NCBI GenBank assembly: GCA_036172245.1 | Contig: JAYWIR010000015.1 | Location: 1,736,001 to 1,800,000 of the forward strand | Reading direction: 5' to 3' | Origin: Raillietiella orientalis | Taxonomy: Eukaryota | Length of the DNA stretch: 64,000 bases | Shown: positions 35,891 through 48,696 of the stretch, one piece after another | Position numbering within the stretch: position 1 is the first letter of the stretch | Layout: every line of letters begins with the position of its first letter | Position numbers and translations under genes: made by a program | Notes under the pieces: generated by a model | What the model was told of the DNA's origin: nothing | What the model saw: the letters and a program-made list of their open reading frames with translations, nothing else | The model's database searches: none

Positions 35891-37399
35891 TATAGATTTT
35901 ATATATTTATATTTTATATGTTTATTAAATTATATATACATATATTATATTTAATTTTATATATTTATTAAGTTTTATAAATTTACGTCCATGTCAAAAA
36001 AAGGAGATGCAATCAAACGGAGGAGGGAGTTTGCACTATCTTCGCCTTCCCTCGTGTGATCCTAGATGGCGTTTTCCGTACGGCCGGTGATCCATCCGAT
36101 CTTTGCAGAATACATCCCAAAAATACTAGATGTTCAAGTATACCATTTCCTTTCTAATGTGATCCTCTCCCTCTTCGATCCTCTCTTGAGTGCTGAGTTT
36201 TATGTACTTAAATATAAATAAAATAGGATGAAAAATACCAGCTTTCGAGGAACGGCAGGCTGCTGATCTTCGGTCCCAGGCAACGGCTTCAAATTCGTCC
36301 CGGTCCTGGTGCTTTCGAATGAGAGCCGGCCGAGCACCCTCAGCGTTGCCTGTCCACGGGATGAACTCGTCAGCAGCATCGGGAGGAGTGCGGTAGCGAA
36401 AAGAGGTCACTGGGAAGCAGGGGGAGTCTGGTAAACGCATTGATGATGAGATCTCTGGGATCTGGAAATTGAAGGATGGCGAGGCGCCCAGAGAATTCGA
36501 GATCCCTCGCAGACCAGCAGAAAATATGAAGAGGATGGTGGCGCGCGGAACATTCAGCACGTCCAGAGAATTTGTGGGGGGACACATCTTTGGTCGCTAG
36601 TCAGCATAAACAACGAGGTCTTTGGTCAGCGAGGTTTCAGCAGGATGACAAGATGGCGGAATCCTTCTGATGCATGTGCACCTCATGTGTCTGGCTATGT
36701 GGAATAAATTCCTGTCTGCCTCTGGAGCGCCAGGATTCCACACAGGTTTCAGTAGACGCGGTCGTTGTGACCAGTGGGTGACCCTTATCCTTTCCTCCCT
36801 TTTTGTTTATTTATTTATGATCCCGTGTAGCCGACCTACGAGTCAGTAGTTGCGTGGACTCATAGAGTCTCGTAGGGCTCCAGCCCCACCTGGTTTGCCT
36901 CCTTCCCACCCACTTCTCGGGGTCACCGAGGAGCGACGGTGCCGGCGATCTACTCCCGCAAGGGAGGACCCGAAGCAGAGTCAGCGGCGCGGACTGCAGC
37001 CTTTTCGGAGGAAGTAGCAAGCCGCTCGCCGTCGTCGCGGAGTTCGGTCATGATGTCCTGGTCCCTTCTCCCCCTGCTCTTCGCCGACTGGTCAGCTTCG
37101 TCCTTTTTCTGACCCGTTGCCTCTTCTCTCCGTTCCGCTCGCGGTTCTCGTCGACGGCGGCTTGAATTCTCTACTCAATGGCGTGCTGTGACCTGTTTGG
37201 GAATGACTGTCGGGTCAGCGAGCGATCGGGAGTCCCAGAATAAGTAGGGTGGGAGTTTTTGTCGTTAAGGCCTCCGCGTGTGGTACCATGCGTCGCGGAT
37301 TCGAATACTGTGGCCGAAACTGACGCCACTGAGTCGTTGGATTCCGAGTTTCTCCTGCAATGGCGCTGGCTAGCCGAGACATTCGGGCGTGGCACCGGT

Positions 37400-38150
37400 A
37401 GCGGTTAAAACCGGAGGCCCCCGATTAAGGCCGGAACAATGGGAGTCGACCTTCGGGTCCTTCCAGGAATCGAAGAGTTGGGAGTTCCCCTTCCGGTCGT
37501 GCAACGGAGAGCGGACCCCTACACCGGGAGGACCCCTCCGGTTTCACGATGGAACAGGAGCTTTCACAGGCACCTCTCCAGTTGTTTAAAGGAGCAGACC
37601 CCCCTGCTGCGGGTGGGACCCTCCGAGTCGCCATCTCTCTAGAGAGCGCAAGGAAACAAGCGAGAGCGATCCCCCGGCGAGAAGCTGCAGCGCCCCTTCT
37701 GAATTTCGGAAGCGTCCCTTCGAGGTATCCTTCAGAGGCGTGAACAGGAGTGGTTCCCTTGCGGGTTCCCTCCGGAGAAGTTCCTACTAGCAGATCCTTT
37801 CCGGGTTCCCTTCGGAGAAGATGAAATGGAGAGGACCACTCCCCTTCCGGGGTGCTCCCTCCGGAGAGAATGAGGAAGGAGATTCCTTTCGGAGACAATC
37901 AAGGTGGGAGATGCGTTACCCCCTGAAGGGGGATCCCTCCCCAAGCGTGAGAGGAACGGACTCCGAGCCTTCCTGGATTCATAAGGCAGACCCCCCCCTT
38001 CCGGAATGGTGCTATCTTGAAGAATAGCACGCGCCCTCCGCGGGTGGCGTGGAACAGTGTTGAAGAGCCACTTGCACCGCGAGGCACGCGACTGGCTCTT
38101 GAGGTACTTAGCGTACCAAAAAAAGAATAAGTAGGGACGAGAAAAACAGT
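37400..38150 (-). mobile_element. Retroelement putative 5' region with CCCTTCGG array
   Basis: Collinear, clearly homologous to 48690-49400. Confidence 0.75.
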
Positions 38151-38555
38151 GACTTCAATCAGTAGTCTAACATTCACGCACCTCGCTAGAATGGTCTGCG
38201 CTTCCGTTCTTCTCCTTTTCCTTTTGCAGGTTCCTGTCTCCTGGATCCAAGGTGATTCCTGACTAGCGGCACTGCTTCGGGTAGGATTCGCGGAAGTTCA
38301 TCCCGCCTAGGTAGCGCTCACCCCTCGAGGGTTCGCTTATCCCACGCTGGGTTCGTCTGCACGGTGCGTGTATGAGGGAATGTCTTTGTACCAAATCTTC
38401 AAGGACGTGAGGTCTTTACAAATTTCTAATGCTTAATGCAGACAAGAAACGTCCTCTTTCGTATTCAGATGGCCCAGCCGGCGGGTCTTGAGCTGTGAAA
38501 ATCACCTCAAGAATGTGTCATTGCTGGACTTTGCTACCTGCACGGTTTACAAGTA

Positions 38556-39061
38556 CAGCAGACCCCCGTACAACGCGGATTTGTATAGCGCGTTGAAAAA
38601 AAGAAAAATGGCGACTAGTACTCGTAATAACGCGGTAAATCGGCCACGTACGACGCAGTGGATGAATTTTAACTTAGTCGTATAGTGCCGTCTTAGCTGT
38701 TTTAAAAGAGAGCACGAATACGTAATTTAGATAGGCCGAATTCTATTTTTATTCAAATTTCCATGACTAGCATAGAGCAAGAAGGTCCATTCTTCAACAG
38801 CGAGAACGATAGAGCTTAAACTGTAGATTTGTTTTCAGTTATTACATATCAACAAAATTCTAAAAAAAATTTTCTCTCCAGAATTGAATAATAATAATAA
38901 AAAAAAACTGTAGCTTTTTTATTTTTAATCCAAAAATTTCTACCTCTATGGTGTTAAAGATTCACTGTATATACTTTCCTGAACCCTATTGTGTTATCCG
39001 TTTAACGCGGATTCGTACAACGCGGAAAGCGTTCCCTCGTGTTATCCTTTGTATTCTACTG
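38556..39061. mobile_element. pogo/Tigger-type MITE
   Basis: TA|CAGCAGACCCCCGTACAACGCG at left; right end reverse-complements to CAGTAGAATAC...ATAACACG; subterminal (TAC)AACGCGG repeats at both ends. Confidence 0.65.
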
Positions 39062-39489
39062 CATGAAACTAACATCAGATAGTGTGGTGCTGACGTACGG
39101 AGACATTCTTCGTGATGATAAACGATGTCGAGGACCTGGATCAAACCGCCCTTCGATTCCTATTTTTCGAGGGATGTAGATACTATTCTAGGAGTCGATT
39201 TTCAAGTTTACTTGCATCGTCTAAGCATCTGGCTTCCTTAACTTTGAATGTCAGTGCATAACAGCTTCGGAAATACATTAGCATGCTTATCACTGTTTCT
39301 TAATGTACTCCCTATCAGAAGAAAAGGCGTAGTCTGTTCGCTGGCTCAAGAAGTAAGCATGCTAGACAAGGAGTGGTGACGTTTATCCCAACTCTCTGTT
39401 CCTGATCTGAAGTTTAACGATGCTCACACTGTTCGCATCAATGCCCCCAACACCGCCCTTTCCATGCAACCTCAGTGGTCGGCCTCAGA

Positions 39490-41660
39490 AAAGCTCTACA
39501 GAGTTGGAAACCTGACACTAGCAAGTGTATACGATCCAGAAAAGGATATTCTGTACTTCCAAACAAAAGTACGTACAGTTTCATTCAAAGTTTTTCTCTC
39601 CTCGGAGAGAGCCGTCAAAGACCAAATGATTTTCCACATATGTTCTTCCGTGAAAGATTGCAACCGAAGAAAAAACTCATTTTCTCCGTAGGTTTTCCAA
39701 GCTTGTCTATCTAAAGATAGATCTTCATTTTTTTTAAACGTGATAAGAGCAATACTGAAGCGATCACCGAACATTCTTTGGATTAGAACGAGTGCATTCA
39801 GCCAATATTTCCCCCGGATGTCAGCATTCACATTGTATTATGGATGTGCCTTGAACACCGGTTTAAGAAAATACGAAAATCCAGCATGTTCTCAAGTTAT
39901 TGCTGGAGCTTACATTACAGAAACATTACGAAGGAATGGAGCAGCGATCTCCTCTGAACATAGAAGAACCAAATGCACTTTAAGGTATTGCGCATATGCA
40001 ACAGGGCTTCTAGGCTTCTACTTTGTATGATAATAAAATTCTTCCTTATGCCTGTTGACTCCATTTGTATCTCTATAGGGACCACTAAGGCGTAAAAGAG
40101 GTTCTTCATATGGAAAACAAAATCTGATGGCAAACTCGAAAGCCAGAATTGAGTCTCCCTGATTTGCGATTATAACTGGATGAGTTGCAAAAGTCTGCAA
40201 GAGCTCAAAGGCAGTTGTGATAATCAAAATAAGAAGTGAGTAAAACATAATAGTCAACAGTCAGAGTAGATTCGAAAGAAGGAACAGTGATTTTACCAAA
40301 AATTGCAATCGTTCTTGATACTGCTCTGCTCCGAACTTCAAGGCTTCACCGTGGTGAATCCAATTTTTTCAAGATCTGTGAAGTCAGTCATGAAATCCAG
40401 CATGTGATGTCTTCAATCGCACAAAAAGAGAATAGGATAAATAATTCCTTTAGTTAATCTCACTTGCATGCATGCATTTAGAAAATTTGAAGTCGTATTA
40501 TGCCAACGAAAGTTCATCCTATGCATCTAACAATTTGCCAGTGATATTCCACAGACGTATTGCCGAAAATATGCATTTGCTTTCATGATTGCACTACTTC
40601 ACTGAAGCATTCCAGCTTTTCCTTCTATCATAATTTTCCAGAATTTTCTCAATTCCCACCAAGAAACTGATTTTCTGAATTTGAAATTGATCCTGGGTCT
40701 TCCAGATAATCGACTACTTTCTCATATCGTTCCTTTTTCCAACTAGAATAAGAGTCTTCCTGACTAACTACCATTCAAAACTGTTTCTGCTTCTTCACAA
40801 GCTTATAAGTTTTAAAATATTTATGTCACAGATGTTTGACTCTATGCTTCACTCGATAGTGCTCTGTAATTCATGTTTTTGTCTTAAGATCTTGACCATA
40901 GGTATACAAAAGTTCAGTTTTTGCATATTGCTACTGAAGAATCATTTTGATTTTATTCATCAAATAGAATTCGGCCTTTCGTCGTTCTTTTGAATAAGAT
41001 CGATGTTTGATCCTAAAGTCACTGACCTACAACAACTCCTTAATGCTAAATATCTTGTGCATATTAGTTGCACAATTATTTTCCATTCCCTTTGCCAGTG
41101 CTACATCTGATAAAAGCATACAAAATCTTTTCTTTAGTAACAGCGTTCACATTAGTGAAAATATTTCTCATAAATCTCCAGTTCTGCAGATTTCTGAGTA
41201 ATTAGAGATTTCTGGAGCATGGTGATCTGAAGTAGTCCTGTATCAGAAAAAAAGTTCAGCAAGCTATTTAAGCTTAAGAATTAGACATATTTTGTCTTGG
41301 AGCAACATCGTGAATGCTATGGAGATTGATTTTAGAGTTCAAAAAATTGCAAATTCATCAAGAGAGCATAACTAAAATCTAAGGAAAAGTTTCAAAGGCA
41401 TGGAATGGGTTCAACGTTTTGGAAAGATCTATAAGCCTCTCCTTTCACGAAGTCAGTTCAATATCAAGAAAAAAATGCATTCATAAAATGCAGAAGGTTC
41501 ATGGGTCCTCTCCACAGTTCTTGGATCTATGGATGCAAGAAATGTCTGGTTTTTTTATTTGGAGGCAAACTGATTTCAGGTTTTAGAAAATATCTATAAA
41601 CATGAACCCAATAACAAAGACGATTAAGAATGCAATCCCATTTCCACTGGTGATTTCATC
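39490..41660 (-). pseudogene. Heavily decayed coding-like tract; candidate Mononegavirales (rhabdovirus-like) L-gene endogenous viral element
   Basis: Minus-strand DLEK/WIHH...QFL..SL (~40376-40280, needs a frameshift) and, in the same frame as WIHH, YSLLILII...IIANQGDSI (QGDS 40161-40150) resemble RdRp motifs A and C; many stops; motif B not seen. Confidence 0.3.
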
Positions 41661-41765
41661 GTGTATTGATTACGTAACGTACTCTACTCATCTGCTTCCC
41701 GGTTAGAGAATGTTATTAGTAATTAATTTACTGTAAACCCTCAGCAGATAGCTTACTTTTGTACT

Positions 41766-41839
41766 AATGTTCTACAGGATCATTCCTGTAGAACATTGCT
41801 GTAGGAATTCCCAAGACCATTCCTGGTCTTGGGAATTTC
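41766..41839. repeat. Two adjacent inverted repeats
   Basis: AATGTTCTACAGGA-tcat-TCCTGTAGAACATT (14 bp perfect) and GGAATTCCCAAGACCA-ttcc-TGGTCTTGGGAATTTC (16 bp, one G-T). Confidence 0.9.
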
Positions 41840-43300
41840 TGGAAGAGTGTGGGGAGAATTTCAAAACAAGGTTTCAGCGCGTCCAGCACTAAGATGGGAA
41901 GGTGTATGTGTGTGTGTGTTTTTTCTTTTCATCTTTTATTTATTTATTCGTTCTTTTGTCAGCTCTGACCGATTTCAACTGAGTTCACCTCATCAGATTC
42001 TCATCCGTTCCCAACCATGTTGAATTAATAATACCACAAAGCTATTCAGATTTCAGATAGAACCGGTATTACTTTCTATAGTAACTGCTGTCTGTGAACT
42101 CCTTCAACTCATGACCTTTCAATGCTGTGCATCAGTTCGCTGGTTTTGGAATCTGATTCGCATACAAAGCATTAATTTGAATATTTTTTTCCGCCCATAT
42201 TTATCTATGTGGATTCATTTATCCTGTTCATTGTTAGTGATACTTGCAAAACATGTCGGTTTTCAGCTCAATATCTAGAATGGATTCCAGCTGACTCTTC
42301 TCCCTTTCTCCAGGCATACAAAAGAAAACGTAATTTTAGTCACAAGCAGGGTTTCTCAAGCAGAGTTCGTTCATTCTTCAATTCTCAGTGTTTTTTTCTA
42401 AAGAAAATGGAAGGTTTTCCGTTCTTTGCTGCTTTTCATTCCCATCTCCCGGTTTAGTGGAGACGAGGGTTGCAACGTCGAAGATGTTTAACACTTCGTT
42501 TCTAACTCATACGAATTATAAAAAACAAACAAAAAAATGTACCGCTTTAATTAAAGAAAATTCGTGAGAAGAAGCATATCTATTTGATTAAACAGTCCAC
42601 ACGTATACACCATCCGTATTACTGCTCTATTCGTGTGCTTTCCGTAGCAGGCTGGTGGCAATTTTGAAACTGTTGATCTAATGCAAGATACAACGTTGGG
42701 CCAAGTTTTGAATGTGTAATTAAAGAGCCCAGGCAAACAATTCTTGGTTCTGGATTGTTTTGTATCGATGCCTAAAGTTTGTGGTGATTTTGCGTGTTTG
42801 TTGTGACACGGATACCCACAAATCTATGATTAATGTACTCGTGAGTGACTTTGGTAAGTGTCGGTAGAAAAGTCTCAAAGGTATTAATGATGTAAATTCA
42901 ATGATGTATGTTATCCATAAAAATCATTGATATTGTTGTATTGATATTATAGTTGATATTATAGTATTTTAATATACTACCGCTTTATTTAATATTGTTT
43001 ATTTCTGTAAATCGGTGTTAATGGTTTTAAGGCGAACGTGACCCATTTTAAAGTTTTTACATGAAATGGACAGACCCTGCAGATTTGAAGTGCTTTTTAG
43101 GTGAGGAATGGAACTAAAGATGGTTATTGTATTGTTTTGCTAGCTTTGCATTGCCCGTTGTATTTCTAGTAGAATATTTAAAACCCTTAAACTTTAAGAT
43201 AACATGTGTAATAACATGCGTTTCAGTGATATGTATGCATCAGTGTGTTGTTTACATAGGTATAAAGCAGAGATTATCATTTCAGTAAGGAAAGCATGAT

Positions 43301-45830
43301 ATGACTGAATTAGGACACAGTGGTCTTTTTGACCAAATTCATTTTCTGTATGATCAACAATTATATGAAAGTGTGACAATCTTGGTAAGTTTCTTCCCTT
43401 TCAAATATGTACATTTTCTTTCTTTAAAATTCAAGAAAATTTTTTGTATTGTTTTCATATGTTGGTAATTTTTGTTCCAACTCTACTGAAATCACAAATT
43501 TTTAAGGCTAGCATTGTATTATCCGCACTTGAGAAAAATCCAGATATTTTGACTCAGAATCAGAGTTATCAATTATTAATTTACTATGCAAATGCATTGT
43601 ATCATACTGGTGAATATAAGAGATCTGAAGATATACACCGCAAAGTTTTGCAAATGAAGAAGATGTTTTCTAAGCTTAAGTGTTCCAATAAAATTGAATC
43701 CCAGAGATTTACATCTGATACAGGTATGCTCTTTATTGGTTGTTTCAATTTTCTTTTCTTTTGTAGAAATCAAATTTCAAATCCATTTATGCAATGTGAA
43801 GATTAAGCAATATAGTTTAGCCATCAATGTTTTGGAATCCATTCCCATTAAACAGAGGAATCCGAAAATTAATATGGCTTTAGCCTCACTGTATCATCAG
43901 ATTGGTATGGAAAGACCTGCAATTGCTGTGTACAAGGAAGTGTTGAAGGTTATTGAGATACATATTCACAAATGAGAAATTAGCAATCAGATTGAGTTTG
44001 AAGCCTTTAGTTTGAAAGTTTTTATGCTGTTTAATATTAAATATGACAATCTTGCATGTTTGTTAAACAGTATTTTTTATTTAATTTTGACTTTCACTTT
44101 ATGGCATATATGGGTTTTAGAATCTGCATTTTAAAATTAATTTGAAATTTAATCTACTTTTTATTTATTTGGTAATGTAAAAAGTTCTATCTTTTTTATG
44201 TATTGTGGTTGCATATTGGTTAATGCCTCACTAGTTTAATGAGGAAGTTTAATCTTTGCAGGTCAATTATCCTCATTATTTTAAAAAGCAACATAATAAT
44301 CTGCATTCAGAAAGATTCTTGAGTTAAAAACATTTCTTAATTTCGTACCGGCAAAAACACTTTTATTCATGGGCTTCTTAGAATGCATTACTTTTCAGTC
44401 TAAAGTCAGTTTGCTTGTAGATTTCATTTACGATAATATTCATCTTTGTAGGAATGCCCTGTTGCTGTAAGTGCAATTATGGCCCTGCTGCAATTGCATA
44501 TCAAACATCCAGAAATTTCTACAAACTTGCTCAGCAACTCATCTGTTTGGCAACCTTTAGAATGGTAATGAAGATTATAATTTAATGGGTTCTTCACTTC
44601 TTTTGCCTTTCTCATTTAGTATTGGAACTTGGTTACAAGCTGAAGCTGCTGTTTGCAAAGGTCAATACAATATTGCGATTAACAAAATTCAGCAGTTGGA
44701 GGGGACTCCAATTCAGGATAATATTGAAGTCCTAGTAACATTGGGTCGAGCGTATTTTTATCAAGGTGATTACGACCATGCGTATCATGTCCTGCAGAGA
44801 GTGAGTGTCTGCTATTAGTGCAGGATTGTCACAGTAATACAGGTGCATTTAACGGACCCTTTGAATCTCAAAGGCATGGATCTTTTGGCTAGTCTTTTGG
44901 CAATGGAGAAAAAAGTTCGTGATTTGGAACAGCTTGCTAGTGATGTTATAGAGATCTCAGAAACCAGAGTGGAGCCATATTTGGTTGTTGCACATTTTTG
45001 TCAAGCCACAGGAAAAATTATTAAAGCTATTCATTTTGCTCATAAAGTAGGTAATGCAATTTCCTTTATTGGGAAGATGTGTTTTAGTCTATTATGGTGA
45101 ATCCTCGCAGTGCTGAAGGTCTTGTACTGAGGGGTAAATTATTGCTAGAACTTAAAAAGCAAGAGGAAGCTGTATTGCATTTCCGTGAAGTTCTCCAAGT
45201 AATGCCTCATTGTTTTGAAGCGTATCAGGGATTGGCAGATGCGTATTTGACTATGGGGAGAGTTCGAGATGCTGTGACTGTAGCAAGTAGTGCTTACAGA
45301 CAGGGACAAACCACCCCAAATAGCAGACAGTTGACTCTTTATGCATCAATGCTGATAAAAGATAACAGCTTCAAAGCAAAAGCGAGATTCCTTTTAAAAG
45401 AAGCAATTCAGCAGGATCCCTTGTATTTACCTGCAGTTTATCTTCTTGTGGATCTCTATGATCAAGAGGAGAGTGCTGCCATTGAGTTGCTCCAGCGCAC
45501 TTTGAATCTCAAATCCACATGCCGTTTGCATCAAATGCTGGCTGATCTGCTTTATCGTACTGGAGACAAGGAGCAGGCCTTTGAACATTACAATTATGCA
45601 CTTAGTTTGGATCCAAATAACTCACAAGCCATACATGGTATGCAGCGATTAGAGCAGATCCTTGATTCGACTTTTGAAGTAGATGATCCAGCAGAATCAG
45701 AAAATGAAGCATCGGTAATTCACCAGTGTGTTTACATTTCCATATTTATGTTGTGCTTCAGGTGGAAGTAGAAGAAACTGAAACAGATGCCATATGGAAT
45801 GATGCTGACTTAAATTTAGAAGCTTCATGA
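43301..45830 (+). CDS. ANAPC7: Anaphase-promoting complex subunit 7 (TPR protein), 558 aa, 8 coding exons
   Basis: Exons 43301-43384, 43507-43723, 43767-43948, 44452-44564, 44620-44800, 44843-45046, 45088-45714, 45762-45830 (1677 nt, frame-consistent GT-AG). End-to-end similarity to APC7: YQLLIYYANALY, IPIKQRNPKINMALASLY, ERPAIAVYKEVL.ECP, DPLNLKGMD, EAVLHFRE, ALSLDPN, acidic C-terminus with W.D. Confidence 0.95.
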
Positions 45831-47974
45831 TGTGATTACATGAATGTAAACTTGACTGTTCTTTTTATATAGAATGGAGGATGAGATCATTATATTAAAT
45901 GATAAAAATTGAAAGCTATTCTTTTCATGTAGGAAAAAAAAAATACAGAAAAGCATGTTTACTAACTTAGGAACAAACTTTTTGCGTCGTGAAGTAGTAG
46001 TTTCGTAATCTGGTAATGTCAATAGCAAAGAAGTAAAATTTATACGATGTAAGCAAATGCCCTATAACAGTCCTCCAGTTTCTGATGCTTTCTGCTGCCA
46101 TAGTTTTGAAGGCATATTGCATAATAAAAATTCGTTAATTAATTCAATGCAGGTAATGTCTGCTGCGGTCTTGTTTCATGCATGTGAATTTTGTATTTCC
46201 GAAAAGCAGTGCCATTTTATACCTTTCTTCACCTATGCAATAGGTAAGGACCGCCATCTCTGCAATGGAGGTGTGTGCCTCCACTCACGTATTGTACGCG
46301 ATTTTCTGGAGTCGTTTGCCCATGTATTCGATTCAACACGTCAAAGATTCACATTCTTTTTTCATATGTGTCGTTTAAGTATGCTCGTGACCTGCAAAGC
46401 CACACGTCTGCTAAGCCCTTTACAAATTTCAGTCAGGTTAATAAAGACTCGTATTTTTTTTTTAAAGTTACCGCTCAATGCACTCCACCCGGTGCTGCGA
46501 GTGACATTTTCCATTACGGTGAAACAAAATTAACGGGCAAGCTGCTTTTCCATTTTTCTTTCGTGGGCATGGTTCGAATTCAGAACCCACGAGATTTTGC
46601 ACTAAAAATGAACGAAACGGATCGAGCTATAGGTGCAATTATTGTGGAAAACGATACACCGAAGTTAAGAAAGTGCTGTTAACGTTTAATGAATAGTTAT
46701 TTGTACCATTAATGAATCGAATGTGGTAATTGATGCTTGTCCGATACGTTCTTTTTGGTTTCTCCGATGCATTGCCTCCCTCGTTCCGGGATGGCATGGG
46801 TGTCGGTCGAAAATACCGCCGGAAACTTCTGCAAGTTGTGCCACTGCAGGAGGGAAATTCCGTTCTGCATAGGATTTATAAAATTTATACATACAGATAT
46901 GAAATCAATCTCGGCTAATGAGTTGATTTTAAAAAAATGTACTCTATCAGGGTACCGTCAACGTAAAATTAAACCAAAATAAAAACCATTGAAGCGGACA
47001 CACATGAATCATTGATTTCGCCGTCATGAAGATTCACATTACTGAGTCATGAGATTAAAATGGTGTGTGTCCTTTCCGACAAGCAAAACTAATTGTATGC
47101 AAATTTTCTGCTGTCATCCTTCAATGGAAATCAAAAGTGAGAAATACATATATATGTAGACTAGTCATGAGGTAATAAAATTCAGATTTCCAATTTCGAT
47201 ATGACATCTAAAGAAAAATACGAATCGTATATATAAGAATATTTTGGAATTGGCATTTTGTTGTTTATGTATGTTAGTTAAAAATGTTTATCACTGAAAT
47301 CAAAACAACACACAAATGATGGAAATAATGCAATTATCAATAATGCATGAAAATAAATAAAGTGAAGCTTTCCTAAATATCTGAGTAATGTCTTTTTGAA
47401 AGGAAAATAGTTTAGAAGTAGGTGAAGTCACGATTCATAAAATAAGACCCGTATCAGTGATCGAATCGAGAAGCAATTTTTCAATATTCTTCGGGGAAAT
47501 GATTTTGACTTGAAATCTTGGACTGAATTTAGAAAGACCATGAAATGGAACGACTTCAACGTGAATGTTAAGAATGAATGCCCAAAATTCCAAATTTGCT
47601 AGTTACACCTGCAGACGAAGACGGGAAATTTCCAACGAAATTGATGACATCTTGTCCCCAAATAAATTCCACATCGGATTGAGGTGCATGAAAAAGGTGT
47701 TTGATCACTTTGGGAAGCGGGCTTTCAAAACTGTGGTTTTCAGGTTTGCATCGAATTTTTTCCTTGACTAATAACGCCAATGTGAATGTAAATGCGAAAG
47801 AACGCAAAAATTTGCCGTCGCAAAGGTTTGCCCATGAAAACTGAGGCTTAACTGGACGAAGAGTTGTGAATTCTTCTTTGTAAGCTTGCGACATTTATCC
47901 TTCTGTACGAGGGGAAAAAGAAAAAAAAGTAAGTCGCAGATTAAGTGGCTGAGTACTTGTCAGGTACTGTGGCC

Positions 47975-48610
47975 ATGACCTGCGCCAGATGGTTGCCCTG
48001 ATGAGAAAGCATACCTGGATCTCCTGCCTCCCCACGAACTGTACCGCCTGGCTTCAGGGGTCAGTTTCTGCGTGGGTCAAGATCAACGGCCCGAGCGATG
48101 CAGATTACAACTGCCTCCGTCGAGGCCCCTACGCTCGACAGCCCCTGCAGCAGATTATCAACACTCTGCGGAAGTTTCTGTGGGCTTCTTTCACCCCCCT
48201 TGCCCTCGTGCTGCCCTTCCTCAAAAACAATAGGGACAGCAACGAGAGAGCATCGTGGGAAGCGTTGCCTCATCGGAGGCAGGAGAAAACCATTCAAGGC
48301 GTGGACGACTCGGGTGCTAGCGGACGCTGTGACCCCGAGCGTCCCGCCTCAAGGACTTGCGCGCTGGGGTGAGCTGCTCGCAGTACCTCCGGAGGAGGTG
48401 AAATGACCCCCAGAGTGTTCGGATAGCAGCACCCTTCCGTTGAAGTAGCAGGAGACGGCGTTGCTCTTTTTACATTGGGGACTTCTCAGCAGAGCACGCC
48501 TGTCTCACTGGACACTGGGAAATGCGGATGCCTGTTGCATAGAGTGCGGCGAAAGGAAAACCTTCCCGCATCTTCTAACAGAGTATGTCGCCCTGGTTGG
48601 ACTTTGGAAT
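47975..48610 (+). mobile_element. L1/Tx1-type ORF2 C-terminal remnant
   Basis: TWISCLPTNCTAWLQGSV (matches 29520 copy); CIECGERKTFPHLLTE zf-RVT remnant. Confidence 0.75.
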
Positions 48611-48617
48611 CGAATAA

Positions 48618-48696
48618 TATAAAGGAGTGGGGAGTATAAAGGAGTGGGGAGTAAAGGAGAATAAGGGAGGAATAAAGGAGTAAAGGAGTGGGGAGT
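48618..48696. repeat. Purine-rich minisatellite at an element junction
   Basis: Repeats of TAAAGGAGTGGGGAG and truncated variants. Confidence 0.8.

Noticed and set aside
41955..42005. Minus-strand CTGATGAG...GAAA hammerhead-like core
   Set aside because: Weak stem II and no UH after the putative stem III.
46250..47900. Exon-like plus-strand fragments vaguely resembling an ABCA extracellular region
   Set aside because: No diagnostic motif and no consistent splice model.
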